NCBI RefSeq assembly: GCF_001194135.2 | Contig: NC_068981.1 | Coordinates: forward strand, 117,733,562 to 117,781,028 | Origin: Octopus bimaculoides | Taxonomy: Eukaryota | Direction: 5' to 3' | DNA: 47,467 nucleotides | In this document: piece after piece, positions 10,756 to 23,600 of the stretch | Position numbering within the stretch: the stretch's first letter is position 1 | Layout of the letters: each line of letters opens with the position of its first letter | The notes under the pieces: model-generated | Database searches by the model: none | Told to the model about the DNA's origin: nothing | What the model saw: only the letters and a program-made list of their open reading frames with translations | Position numbers and translations under genes: made by a program

Positions 10756-11132
10756 GGCGTAATGGCCCAGTGGTTAGGGCAGCGGTCCTCGCGGTTGTAG
10801 GATCGCGGTTTCGATTCCCAGATCGGGCATTGTGAGTGTTTATTGAGCGAAAACACCGAAAGCCCCATGAGGCTCCAGCAGGGGGTAGTTGCAAACCCTG
10901 CTGTACTCTTTCACCACAACTTTCTCTCACCTTTTCTTCCTGTTTCTGTTGTACCTGTATTTCAAAGGGCCTTTCTTGTCACGTTATGTGTCACGATGAA
11001 GCTCTCCGAGAACTACGTTAATGGTACACGTGTCTGTGGAGTGCTCAGCCACTTGCACGTTAATTTCACAAGCAAGCTGTTCCGTTGGTTGGATCAACTG
11101 GAGCCCTCGTCGTCATAACCGACGGAGTTCCA
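10756..11132 (+). mobile_element. tRNA-derived SINE (family 1)
   Basis: Pol III A box TGGCCCAGTGG (10763-10773) and B-box-like GGTTTCGATTCC (10807-10818), followed by a non-tRNA body; inserted in (TG)/(CA) microsatellite. Confidence 0.75.
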
Positions 11133-11501
11133 TGATACAAACACACACACATATAAGAGCACAAGATATATACACACTCAAACACGTATGTATGTATGCA
11201 TGTATGAATGTAAAATGTATGTATACATGCACGCATGAATGTAGTTGAGCATTTAATTAATGAATATTGAAGGACATGTATTTTCAGTTCTACAAGCAAA
11301 AAATAAATAAATAAAAAACACAAAGAATAGCATAAGCGCGCAGGTACAAACATAGAAATACACACGCACGCAGGGACAGACCCACATGTAAAAACGCGGG
11401 CACACAGATACAAGACGCGTGCACGCGCACACACAAATATATATACATATACATATATGTATATATTAACGTATATAAATATATATATATATACACACAT
11501 G

Positions 11502-11547
<46 letters not shown>

Positions 11548-11769
11548 TCTCTCTCTNNNNNNNNNNNNNNNNNNNNNNNNNNNNNNNNNNNNNNNNNNNN
11601 NNNNNNNNNNNNNNNNNNNNNNNNNNNNNNNNNNNNNNNNNNNNNNNNNNNNNNNNNNNNNNNNNNNNNNNNNNNNNNNNNNNNNNNNNNNNNNNNNNNN
11701 NNNNNNNNNNNNNNNNNNNNNNNNNNNNNNNNNNNNNNNNNNNNNNNNNNNNNNNNNNNNNNNNNNNNN

Positions 11770-12800
11770 CCCTCCTAGCCTTTCGCGCCTTGTTCCCACC
11801 TTAGACATAAATTCCTTGTACCTTGTGATCCACCACAACGACGGCCTCTTAGCACTCCAATACTTCCTCGACCGTCACCTCGATATCACACGCACCACTT
11901 CCACCCTTCTCCGCCTGACAGAACCCGTCCTCACACTCAACTGCTTTACGTTCGCAGGAGAGATTTACCAGCATTCTCTGGCGTCACTATGATAACGAGA
12001 ATGGGCCCCAGTTTTACCAACTTAATTGTTGGTTACGTTGAGGCCCAAATCTTGTCACAGTTCTCCGCACTGACCCCAGAGTTATACGATCGCTATATAG
12101 ACGACTTTATAGGCGTCACCTCCCTTCCCACGGACAACTCTCCAATTTCATCTCTTTCGTTTCTAACTTCCATTCTTCTCGTGAATTTATCTCTACCATC
12201 TCTGATACTTCCCTAAACTTACTCGATATCTCTTTCTCCATTTATCCCCTCACCTAATCTCTCACTATCTCAGCCTTCTTCAAACCGACAGACGCCCACC
12301 TCTACCTCAACGTTTCCTACTCCCATTCCTTCGACACTAAATGGTCCATCACCTACTCCAGATTCCTCTGCCACTGACGCATGTGCAGCCTGCACCAGGT
12401 CTCAATACCAGGCCCCCTTGTTCATGCGTCACGGATACCCATCCACCCTTACGCGCACTCATCAGATCGATCGCACAACCGCCCTAACTCCTTCCCAACA
12501 CCGAACCCCTAACCACATCCCCTTTCCTCTTCTTTTCAACCCCTACCCCTTCGTCGTAAGATCCTGCGGATCTTCCGTCGCCTCCAACTAGATCCTACCA
12601 CCCTCACTATTTTCCCAACATACCCTTTCCCTCCTTCAAACGCACCCGTAACTTACGCGATCTACTTGTCCATAGATTCTCCCTGCATTCCAACCCATTC
12701 CAGGCTCTTCCCTTGCTGCAGACCCCGTTGCCACATCTGTGCTTTAGACTGCCTCTCACACACTCGTTAGGACAGCTTCTGACTCGCTACTGGCCCTTCT
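11770..12800 (+). mobile_element. Penelope-like element (PLE) reverse transcriptase relic, frameshifted
   Basis: Segments translate as LYLVIHHNDGLLALQYFLDR, LTLNCFTFAGEIYQ, GVTMITRMGPSFTNLIVGYVE, RYIDDFIG, FKPTDAHLYL and PCCRPRCHIC (the Cys linker before GIY-YIG). These are PLE-type RT motifs with stops and frameshifts. Confidence 0.85.
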
Positions 12801-14049
12801 CCACAGGTATATATACATATCTCCACGCGTGCGCGCACACACACACATGCACGCACGCTAACATACATCTGCGCGTGCGCATTTACACTGCCACAACCAC
12901 CCATTCACACATGTGTTCTATAGATGCTGACCTCTCGGAATGACAATAAAATACTCACTCACACAAATCCTTCTACTTGCACACAGATCCTACAACACAC
13001 ACACAGAATACTCACACATACACAAATACATGCAAACAGTTAATACCACACACACACGCTACAACACACACACAGTTACCGCCACATGCATACACACTAC
13101 CACACACACACACGTGCACTTACTGCCCCCCCCCACACACGCTACCATACATGCACACACTATCATACACACGTTCAATATCACACGCAGACACAAACAC
13201 ACATACCTAGCACTTTTGCACTCACCTGTCCCAGAAAAAACGTTCTCTTTATCCTACTTCCCGTCACTTCAAAAATGTAACCGTCATCTACTACGGATGC
13301 AGTATACATATACGACACGTTTACATGAATATATCTATAACTATCTATCTATCCATATATATATATATATATANNNNNNNNNNNNNNNNNNNNNNNNNNN
13401 NNNNNNNNNNNNNNNNNNNNNNNNNNNNNNNNNNNNNNNNNNNNNNNNNNNNNNNNNNNNNNNNNNNNNNNNNNNNNNNNNNNNNNNNNNNNNNNNNNNN
13501 NNNNNNNNNNNNNNNNNNNNNNNNNNNNNNNNNNNNNNNNNNNNNNNNNNNNNNNNNNNNNNNNNNNNNNNNNNNNNNNNNNNNNNNNNNNNNNNNNNNN
13601 NNNNNNNNNNNNNNNNNNNNNNNNNNNNNNNNNNNNNNNNNNNNNNNNNNNNNNNNNNNNNNNNNNNNNNNNNNNNNNNNNNNNNNNNNNNNNNNNNNNN
13701 NNNNNNNNNNNNNNNNNNNNNNNNNNNNNNNNNNNNNNNNNNNNNNNNNNNNNNNNNNNNNNNNNNNNNNNNNNNNNNNNNNNNNNNNNNNNNNNTAACA
13801 AACTTAGCAAAATACTCGCAATTGAGTTTTGTATATATATCGACTTTAAAGAGAGCTCAAAACTGATCCATTGAAAATGCTTTATTATAATAATAATAAT
13901 GAAAATGACCTATGAACATTTCGATGCAATATCCAGATCGATTCATGCATATTATAAAATATTATAAAATATTATAAAATATTATAAAATATGGGATACC
14001 ACATCTCATCGGGGCCTTATTATTATTATTATTAGTAATATGCAGACAA

Positions 14050-16090
14050 TAAAAATAGAAAACATTCAAATACAATTTTCATAGTTGATCTATGAAAACA
14101 TGCAAAGCAGGATGAAAAGGCATGAGATGATATAAAACCGTTCATCTTAAAGGTGTTGAGATCAAGCAAATGATACAAATGATACCCAGCGCCCCAGTAA
14201 CATTTTAGATACCCTCTTAAAACCATTCCTCAAGCATATCAAAAGCTACATAAGGGGCGATCTGGAAATGCTCAATCACCTCCCAAAAACAATAAACAAA
14301 AACACCTACTAGTATCATTCGATATAGTCAACCTATATTCTAATATACCCCCACAGCCTAGGAATAGAGGCAATCTCATTCTGGTTAGAGAATTACTCCA
14401 ATGAACTCCCACATTGCATCAAAAAAGAATTTGTAATAGAAGGGCTGAAATTCATCTTGGACAATAACTACTTTCTTTATCTTCAAATACAACTTCTATT
14501 GATAAAAATCGGGGACTCCGATGGGTACAAGAATGGCCCCCTCCTTCGCTAACCTAGCCATAGGATATCTTTATCGTAAGGTACTAGAAATATACGTCAA
14601 CCAATTCTCCCTCTACATAGAAAATAACTGGAAGAGGTACCTAGATGACTGCTTCATTCTTTGACATGAAAGTATGACTTGACGTAAAGATTCAAATTAC
14701 GATGGAATATAGCCATCAACAACTTCCATTCCTCGACATCCTCATGAAGAAATCCAACAAGAAAATAGAAACAGATATATACTATAAGCCCACGGACTCC
14801 AAGCAATATCTACCGTTCAGCTCATGCCAGCCCTGACACACCAGAATGAATAGCCCTTTCAACCTAGCAAAAGATTTGTACTATAGTTTCTAATACAGAC
14901 ACCAGGTACACACGACTACATGAACTAAAGGATACACTCATCACCAGGAACTATCCACAATCACTAATTGATGTAGGCTTTCAATGTGCCCTACAACTAC
15001 TCAACATCCACGACCTCAGACATCCCAAATTAAAGAAGGATTTACAACCGAAAGCCCTACTATACATCTCCACACACAACCCTGTTAACAATGAAGCCCT
15101 CGCCACCATCCTGCAGAACATTTCCCTACTACAAAGGGACCACATAATGAATTTAATCCTCCGAACGCACACCATCATAAAGAGGAAGGGACAACACAAA
15201 TTTATGAAAATTCTCCTAACACTAGTCCAAGTACACTCGACGACAACACTGAAGTCGTCAGTAAACAAATGCGCAACTGTGGTATAAGCGTCAACCTAAT
15301 TGAGAGATCGAAATTCTCTTTTCAACACAGTCAACGTTTTACAGTGAAAAACAACTTCACATGTGCTTCGGAAAACATGTGCATTACCTTGCTTAGAGTT
15401 TCGAGAGCAGCATATAAGCCAAACCAAAAGCAGTCTACGTCAAAGATGACTCTACATAGATCCCAGATCAAAATTCGGGAATACAGAAAAATAGCATTCA
15501 GCAAACACATCGACATTTGCTCCACTAACGAACAACCCAGGGACCTTGTCTTTCTCATTCGCAAAATGAGCTCCACTTAAATTTGCTCTTATTGCTTCCA
15601 ATTTTGGTGCATCGATGCAACTCTATATTTTGATTACGATCAGCCAATTACTTTATCTCGTAAATTAAAGAATTTGATGTTATTTGGTATTAAAGTTGGG
15701 TAATTTTGGCCAATCAACAGACAGTGCGGCATTAGTAGCTTGTTACCATGACAACCGCACGCTGTACTGTGGTTCACTTTTGTCTGTGTCGCTGTTGTCG
15801 GTGCCGCTGTTGTCTGTGTTGATTTTTCGCACTTAATTCTTCACACCACGAGATTCTTTTCACCCGCGTGTTTTGTTTTAATTTTACTGTGTTTGTATAT
15901 TACATATTTTTCTGTGTTAGTATTTTTCTGTGCTTTTTCTCTGTGTTAGTACTTTTACATATTTTTCATTTCATATATTTGTGGGACTCATTGACTCAGT
16001 TAGCTGGATTTGTGATTTCACTAGGTTAATTCTATTCATAAACATTTAAATTAAGAGTATTTCTTAAACCGTTAGCTTCACATTTCAACA
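14050..16090 (+). mobile_element. Second, distinct Penelope-like element relic (RT + degraded C-terminal endonuclease region + probable 3' terminal sequence)
   Basis: LLVSFDIVNLYSNIP (~14306), GTPMGTRMAPSFANLAIGYL (14512), NWKRYLDDCFIL (14626), ETDIYYKPTDSKQYL (~14768), and ORF 15269-15580 with RFTVKNNFTCASEN. Multiple stops. Boundaries are approximate. Confidence 0.85.
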
Positions 16091-16102
16091 GCNNNNNNNN
16101 NN

Positions 16103-16137
<35 letters not shown>

Positions 16138-17163
16138 TACACACGTAAGCACTTATATATTAATGGTGTACACAAATACATGACAGGTATACATAATGCT
16201 GAAATACGCATAAAGTAAATAGATGCAGATAAATATATTAATATAACACATTTTAAAACATGATAAAAAATACAATCAATGAGGAGACAAAAGAAACAGT
16301 AAGATGATACATGTTGATTTTATGAGGTATTTTTGTTTATTTAGAAGGCTACAATGAGCAGGTAAGACGCTAAACTATAAATTTCACCGGGTGCAACCTT
16401 AAAGTTGACACCACTTCGCTAAACGCAGAAAATTTCTGTCTCGCTATTGGCTAAAAACAGTTTTTTTTTTTCGATTTTTAAACCTCTGTAACTTTTTCTC
16501 CAATTTTTTTTTTCTCCACAGCATCATACCTTCAAAGCAATGAGATTGAAAATCGGCTATAATAATGTATTATTATAGGCGATTTTCAGATTTTTACTTC
16601 CTTTAAAAAAAATGTATATTTTGCGAATGAAGAAACTAGATCCCAACCTAGGTCAGATATTCTTCCCCTCTATAAATTTAGGGACGAGGCAACCTACAAT
16701 CAGCGCATTAGTAAAGAGTCATATTTTATCACAAAATATAAACCCGTTTTGAATGCGTCCACTACGAATCTCACTATTATAAGGGTCCTAGAATAATAAC
16801 CACGCAAATATTAAAAACGATATATTCAAAGCAGTCACTACTCATGAATTTATTCAGAACAATTTCAGTTACTACTATTACAACCACAACATATCACTTT
16901 TAGGTCACCTGACCATTTAAGAGGATTCCACCAATATCCTACTACTGTCATACCACTCCCGTATTTTTCTTATTTCTTCTTCTTCTTCTTCTTCTTCTTC
17001 TTCTTCTTCTTCTTCTTCTTCGTCTTCGGTTGGCCGGAGACGATAGTGGAAAACGTTTACCCACGGTAGCATACGATGGGACTGAAGTGGGAATCATGTG
17101 AAGCAAGCTTCATACAACACAGGTATACCAACGCGTAAACACTCGCGCACNNNNNNNNNNNNN

Positions 17164-17234
<71 letters not shown>

Positions 17235-17746
17235 TCCAAAACTTTAAACAGAAACACAGCAAACGGAATATTCACACATAAGTCGCTGCTTATTTCTCGT
17301 TAGTCACCGTCACAAAGATCATAATTTCACGCTTTCAACGATAATATTGTTAATTTCTTCGGTTGCGACAACGGCGAGAAGCAGATGGGAATAGCGAACG
17401 AACGTACTGGGCAATGAGGAAAGCAAACACGACAAATCATGGATATGAAAACAAAACAATTATGCATTATACAATAAAAGAAAGGCGTGCAGCTCTAAGA
17501 CTGGACGAACATAGGGTAACGTAAAGGAAAAAGGAATATGGGCATAACTACAGATTTCTGCGCCCCACCCCCGATTTTGGATCATCATAACTTTCAGTAA
17601 AATGGATATTTTTAATGAAATTTTCTACGAAAATGTTTTATATACATGTAGATTTTGAATATACAAGATTTTTGGGGGCAAGCGTTTTAGGAGGGGGAGG
17701 GTTGTGGAATTTCGGAACATTCACCGGAGTCCACTTAAAGTCGTCT

Positions 17747-18491
17747 TAACTCTCAAGAAAATGAATATTTTTGAATTAAATCTTCTACAAATATACCTCG
17801 CACTGTGTAGATTTCAATGACATACAAATATGAGTGGGGAAACAATTGAGGGTTATTTTTGAAAACTGTTCCGCACTCGGGGTTGTTTCGGAATAAGTCG
17901 TTCGTAACTGTTTCATTTTCTCCGTTTTGTGCATTTGCACATCCGTAGATTTCTACTGAAGCAATAAACAGGCAATGAAGGCAAATGAGGAACTCACCAG
18001 AAAACTCGTTATGCTAAAAATAACAGCTAAAGGTCTAGTGCACAGAAATATGTTACTAAGACGACTTATGTATTGCATACAATTATTTTTCACCTAAAGT
18101 AAATTCTCATGTAAACGTTTCTAATAGAAAGCCAGAAGACACCAGAAGCAAAAATAAGGAATATACATGCACAGTTAAATATAGAAGTGTTAAGTATAAT
18201 TTGTTACATAATCTCTATAATAAACATGATACTGAAGGGAATAATTCCCCATTTGAACTTTTTTAATTACATGTGTGTGTGTGTTAGAAATCTATGGATG
18301 CACAAACGCACAAAACGGAAAAAATGAAACAAATATGGATGACTTGTTCCGAAACACCCCGAGTGTGGAACGGTTCTCAAAAATAACCCCCAATTGTTTT
18401 CCCCCAAAATTCTTATGTCCTCGGAATCTACATAGTCCGAGGTATATTTGTAGAGAATTTCATTAAAGACTATCTATTTTCTTCAAAGTTT
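17747..18491. mobile_element. Foldback/MITE-like element or inverted pair of repeat copies: ~208-bp inverted arms
   Basis: 17747-17955 aligns to the reverse complement of 18285-18491 (e.g. CAATTG(A/G)GGGTTATTTTTGA...CACTCGGGG...CCGTTTTGTGC...ATCC(G/A)TAGATTTCTA). A related subunit is repeated directly at ~17590-17680. Confidence 0.75.
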
Positions 18492-18504
18492 AAACATATT
18501 TCAC

Positions 18505-18564
18505 GGTGGTGCTCCAGCATGACCGCAGCCACTTGGCTGAAACCCATAAATAAATAAATAAATA
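18505..18564 (+). mobile_element. 3' tail fragment of the CORE-like SINE family ending in (TAAA)n
   Basis: GGTGGTGCTCCAGCATGACCGCAG matches the reverse complement of the tail of the 39977-40373 copy. Confidence 0.6.
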
Positions 18565-18586
18565 TTGGAATGGACTCTGATGAATT

Positions 18587-18626
18587 TTCCGACATTCTCC
18601 ATTCCGACATTCTCCATTCCGACATT
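18587..18626. repeat. 15-bp tandem repeat x2.7 (TTCCGACATTCTCCA)
   Basis: Perfect copies read directly. Confidence 0.9.
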
Positions 18627-19308
18627 AAGTGGCTTCTCAACACACAACTAGGATTTTACCGGTATACTTATTATATTTATAATTTATATTTTCATCTGAA
18701 TTTTAATATTATTGCGTACGTGTGCATCTCAGTATGCAAGATGGTAGCAATAAAACATTTCTCCTCGTTCAAACCTTTAGCTAGACTTTCCATAATGCTT
18801 CTGTCAATCCCCATTGCATTTTTTCTTAATTCATTCCGTTCCTCTCTCTGTTTCCCGGATCTTTCTCAAATCATTCCCAGCCTTCTTAGATTTTGAATTT
18901 CTTCCTACATAAAAAAGCAGTGGATATATTTTGGTCTTATTCAATCTCTTTAATGAAGCATATTCCACTGAGTAGGCAAAACTTTGAATGATCAGTATCT
19001 GCAGAAATTAAAAAGAATGGAGTTACGCTGCTTATAATTATTAGCAATACGGTTGAAGGAAAATACCTTACAGAGGCGTTCTGAATTCTAAATGCACATA
19101 GAGTGGGCTCTCATGTATAATGTAATGAATTATACAAATTACAAACACCCAATTGAGTAGAATATGTTTCAGTAACCAATTCCACTCGCATCACCTTTAT
19201 TTTCTAAATTGCAATTGTCTCATCTCTAGTTTGATGTTCTTAGAGTATAAACAATGTTATAGGAAGTTTTTACCTCATATCACTCCTTACTCTCTCAATA
19301 AGACAAGA

Positions 19309-19367
19309 GTTTGTCTTTATTTAAAGTTAGCCCTGATTGTTTGTCTTTACTTAAAGTTAGCCTTGAT
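19309..19367. repeat. 30-bp tandem duplication
   Basis: GTTTGTCTTTA(T/C)TTAAAGTTAGCC(C/T)TGAT occurs twice. Confidence 0.85.
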
Positions 19368-20459
19368 AGGGACTGTTTTTAGACAAACAACATCACAACA
19401 TCGATAGAGTGATTGTCAATGGCAGATGATCAGCGAAGTCCTTTAAACATCCGATATAATATGATGACATTCATTATAGATTTACAGCCCTTAACGTTAT
19501 GCGATCAAATCCAATCGGTTTTGGATTACGTTTCTTTTTTCTTTTTCTTTTCTTTTTCTCGAAGTAGATGAAATGTATATATCAGTAAAGAATCACTGTG
19601 CATTGAATGGCTTTTTCCTCTACATTTGCCATTTTCACTCTATGAAAGTAATCAATATTCTCAAAATGATAGAAACTTTTGCAACAAAAGTGTCATGCAA
19701 ACATATAACCACTAGAGCAGATGGCGTGAAACCCTTTTAAAAAGATTTCATTACTAACTTTTAATAATGTGTTAAGCGAAAGAGCAAAGTGTAACAGTGA
19801 TCTATTGGAATATGAATTATGAAAACTAGACAATACGAATTTTTAGGACGAGGTAAGTGTATAATACCACAAGGAAATTCGAATACTAGTGCTATATGTG
19901 ACAACTTTAAACAAGTTCTATTTACATACTAGATTGATCAACAGATTTAGCATCTCCGAGACGTGATGAGCATTAACAAAAGACATGTACTACTCGATCA
20001 ATACGGTCTGTTGTTTTTACTGAACATAGTTCTGACTGCATATTTATTTTCAATCCTGAAATATGAATCTCAAGGAATTAAAACAGACACAACTTGAAAG
20101 AGTAGATAATAGAGAAAGAAGAAGTACATGCTAAAGTAATAGACACCGGTTAATTACGAAAGACTAAAACACAATTCAGATACATCACATTTTTTGTTAC
20201 GATAAACGCAGTCCAAGAAAAACAGTTATTATGTTCACAACTATTGATCTGACTGTCACGTCTTATCTACTAGGATAATCCTTTGACGTGACCTTCAGAC
20301 GGAGCTATCACATGACCTCTTACATCGACGTAGAAGAGGATTGGCCTCAATTCTAATACCTTATTACGTAACCATCCTCAAGCAATCAATCAGTATGTTA
20401 ACCTAAATTGATCTGAGCCACATTCTCTTCATAAAAAAGAATGAAGTTTTGAAACATCT

Positions 20460-20590
20460 ACGAGAAGCGAAAGGATGAAATGCAAAGTCAACGTAGGCGG
20501 AATTTTAATTCTGAGCGTAAAGACGGACGAAATGCCGTTAAGTATTTTTACCGCCATACTAATGTTTCTGTTTGCTCGCCGCCTTATCAG
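20460..20590 (-). mobile_element. Degenerate tRNA-derived SINE (family 2), 5' half
   Basis: Minus strand GGCGGCGAGC...GGCATTTCGTCCG...AAATTCCGCCTACGTTGACTTTGCATTTCATCCTTTCG aligns with the 23094-23307 copy. Confidence 0.6.
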
Positions 20591-21099
20591 CGATGTTAAT
20601 AATGCTAACATTATCTACTTAATCCAGTGAACACCACTTGATTTGGAACCAACACCACAATTAACATTATCATTATGATCACTGACATCTCCCATTCACA
20701 GTCATGACTATCAGCAAACTGTTGCAGTTGTTGCTGTTGCTTTAATGTTAATCATGCAAAATTGTGACCTAGCAGTGAACATACCATATAATCTCATCTG
20801 CCAGGAGCCATGAATCACTTTATCCAAGCTAACCTTTATTTGAAGACAGCGTTGTGACTGAAGGATGATTTGACTGCTATTTCTAACAGTTCCTTCGACT
20901 CACTGAAGCGCATTCGTTGGATCCTCTCCTGACGGTCGTTGGATCTAATAGACTAGACAGTAATTTTGTTTCCACAAATCACGTACAAATGTCTTAAAGA
21001 GAGGAAGACTACATTAGATAAAACAGATCTAATTACCACACCCAAAGAAACAAAGAAACAAACAAATGTAACGGGGAGGTCACAGCCAAAAGTTATTTG

Positions 21100-21780
21100 A
21101 TCATAATTTTCATCGATAAGAGCAGACAACAAAATAAGATATCTACAATATCATTGTGAATAACAGCACTATCATTAGAAACAACAGCACTTGCCACATT
21201 AATAATATAGACAGCAGCCACAGCTTCGCAACAGCAATAACAAAAGTATCAACCATCACCACCAAGAACAACAATAACTGTAAAAACCAACAACAACGAT
21301 ATCAACACCGATAATTTCAATAGCAATAACAAAATCGTAATACATAATATGAACAACAACAACACTCCGAAGAATGTCAATAACAACAATATCAATAATA
21401 ACACCAAGAGCAACATGCAATATCAGTAGCAACATTAATATATATAAAAAAAATATCGACAAGGCTATCACCAACTAAGTATCAAGTACAACAATATCAA
21501 GTACAACGACAACTCAAATACGACAGCAATATCAACATGATATCAGTAGCGATACAATAACAGAGATGAAAACAACAATATCGACACCAACGATAGCGAT
21601 ATCAATGATGCTACAAAAGACATAGTCAACAATAATATCGATAACTAATAAAAGTACCATTGACAATTAACAGCAGCAACAGTAATTACATGACGAATAA
21701 CAAAATTCAGAAAAAGCAGCAGCAGCAGTGACAACAACAACGATCATAGTAATACGAATAACAACGGCAGCGAAGGGACG
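21100..21780. repeat. Degenerate AAC/AAT/GAC/AGC trinucleotide low-complexity tract
   Basis: Cryptic 3-nt periodicity, A/C-rich on the + strand. Confidence 0.7.
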
Positions 21781-22137
21781 TGCTATTGTCTTGTTCTGAC
21801 ATTGTTTTGAATGCACATGTTGAAGTGTTGCATCTCTGCAATATACTGGCTTGAACACACGTAGAATAAACAAAGTGGCTATTAGTTAAATAATCATTGT
21901 TTACTGCCAATTGTACTGTACACACACATACCCACAACATCCACGCACGCACACGTACACGCACACACACGCACACACAAACTCGAACGCTAACCATCTG
22001 CATACATACATACATTGCCGAACCGATGGAGAGTAACAGTTACTGCGAACATGCGAATTCATTTGCCTTCTAAACCGAACATGCATCACATCATACAGTC
22101 TGTTTATCTGATTGGTTACTTCTCATTTTAGTTATTC

Positions 22138-22176
<39 letters not shown>

Positions 22177-22893
22177 TTAGTTGATTTCCATATTAGGACC
22201 TTTAAAACAGAGGCATAGAAGTATACAAAATAAAACAGATTGTTTAGACCGGTGTAAATACAGACTATATGTGCAAGTATGAATTCTTTCTGAACAAATA
22301 TGGCTGTTTGCATCAAGATAACTTAAGTTAAATATCGATAGCTTGAGATATGTATTAAGTGATTTAATCAACTTCATTACTTACCTGGAATACATGATAT
22401 ATGATACGTAATACATGCTATATGAATTCAATATCGGAAGGATTTGAACTTGGAACATAATGTAATGCGTGATATATATATATTTTTTTACTGTCTACAA
22501 ATTCTGTTCATCTCAGCTTTTTTATAACTAATTTTGTTTACGTAAACGGATCTCTATCAGCTTCGAAGATGAATGTTCAATTATCCAATCACTTATACAC
22601 TGCTCAGTGTATTAGTGTACGAACAGTTGAGTATTTGATAGACACGCAGATCTTTGATATAATTCTGTAGATTGAATAAGGATGATATAAGGCTAGGCTT
22701 TGAAGGAGGACAATTTATTTCCCATGGCACCAGACAGTTTCTATTAACTTAATTACCCTGAGAAAGCTTGGGTGATCCGAGACTATGTGTAACCGACATT
22801 TGTTCAAGTTGCTTCCCAGTAGGAATGAACCTGGAAATCATAATTGCGAAGCGAACTGCATATTTGTTCAGCGGAGCCAAAGTTCATAATAGT

Positions 22894-23085
22894 AATAATC
22901 CTTTCTACTACAGGTACAGTACCTGAAATTATTTAGGGGAATGGGCTTGTCGATCACACGGACCTAAGTGCTCCACTGGTACTTCTTTCCTCGACTCCTC
23001 AGCAGATGTTGGACTCAGAACGCAAGGACGAACGAAATGCAGCTCAGTATTTTGTCCGGCGTGCTAACGATTCTTCCAGCTCGCC
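22894..23085 (-). mobile_element. tRNA-derived SINE family 2, diverged and internally deleted copy
   Basis: Shares the tail AATAATCCTTTCTA and the head GCGTGCTAACGATTCT..CAGCTCGCC with the adjacent copy. Confidence 0.7.
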
Positions 23086-23093
23086 TTAGTAGG

Positions 23094-23307
23094 AATAATC
23101 CTTTCTATTATAAGCACAAAGTCTGAAATTTGGGGGAGGCAGTCAATTAGATCGACCCCAGTACACAACTAGTACTTAATTTATCGACCCCCGAAAAGAT
23201 GAAAGCCAAAGTCGACCTCGGTGGAATTTGAACTCAGAACGGAGCGACGAGCCAGATACCGCTAAGCATTTCGTCCAGCGTGCTAACGATTCTGCTAGCT
23301 CGCTGCC
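23094..23307 (-). mobile_element. tRNA-derived SINE family 2, near full length
   Basis: Minus strand GGCAGCGAGCTAGCAGAATCGTTAGC... B box GAGTTCAAATTCC, core GAGGTCGACTTTGGCTTTCATCTTTTCGGGGGTCGATAAATTAAGTAC, tail AGAAAGGATTATT. Confidence 0.8.
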
Positions 23308-23399
23308 TTCCATAATAGTGATAGTAATTACATAGACACAAGACACAAAAATAACAGTTGATTGATTATATCAACATATATAGTTGGTCTTAATTTGAG

Positions 23400-23600
23400 G
23401 TCGGTGTTAGATGATTACATCGATCAATTTAGTGCACTAATGGTACTTATTAAGTACTTTTCGTTTCATCCACTGGCTTCTATACATAGAACCCGGAGGA
23501 TGAAACTAAAAGTTTACTCTGATAGGATTTGAAATCAGATCGTCAAGGAATGTGCCTAAAAATACCGCAAAGAAATGTGTCTACTATTTTGCTAATTTTG
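23400..23600 (-). mobile_element. Highly diverged SINE family 2 copy
   Basis: GGATGAAACTAAAAGTTTACTCTGATAGGATTTGAAATCAGA resembles AGATGAAAGCCAAAGTCGACCTCGGTGGAATTTGAACTCAGA in the 23094 copy. Confidence 0.5.

Noticed and set aside
10756-10830. tRNA-like sequence
   Set aside because: It is a SINE head: A/B boxes are present but there is no full cloverleaf, and a SINE body follows.
16345-16367. Plus-strand TTTAG|AAGGCTACAATGAGCAG|GTAAGA microexon-like pattern
   Set aside because: No plus-strand gene context; such patterns are expected by chance in AT-rich DNA. RNA-seq junctions would be needed.
16385-16420. CACCGGGTGCAACCTTAAAGTTGACACC and similar TACCGGGTGTGCGAATAAG (~30620), resembling Tc1/mariner TIR starts
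   Set aside because: No matching opposite ends were found.
19841-19858. Plus-strand TTTTAG|GACGAG|GTAAGT 6-nt microexon-like pattern
   Set aside because: Short pyrimidine tract and no host gene on +; chance occurrence is likely.
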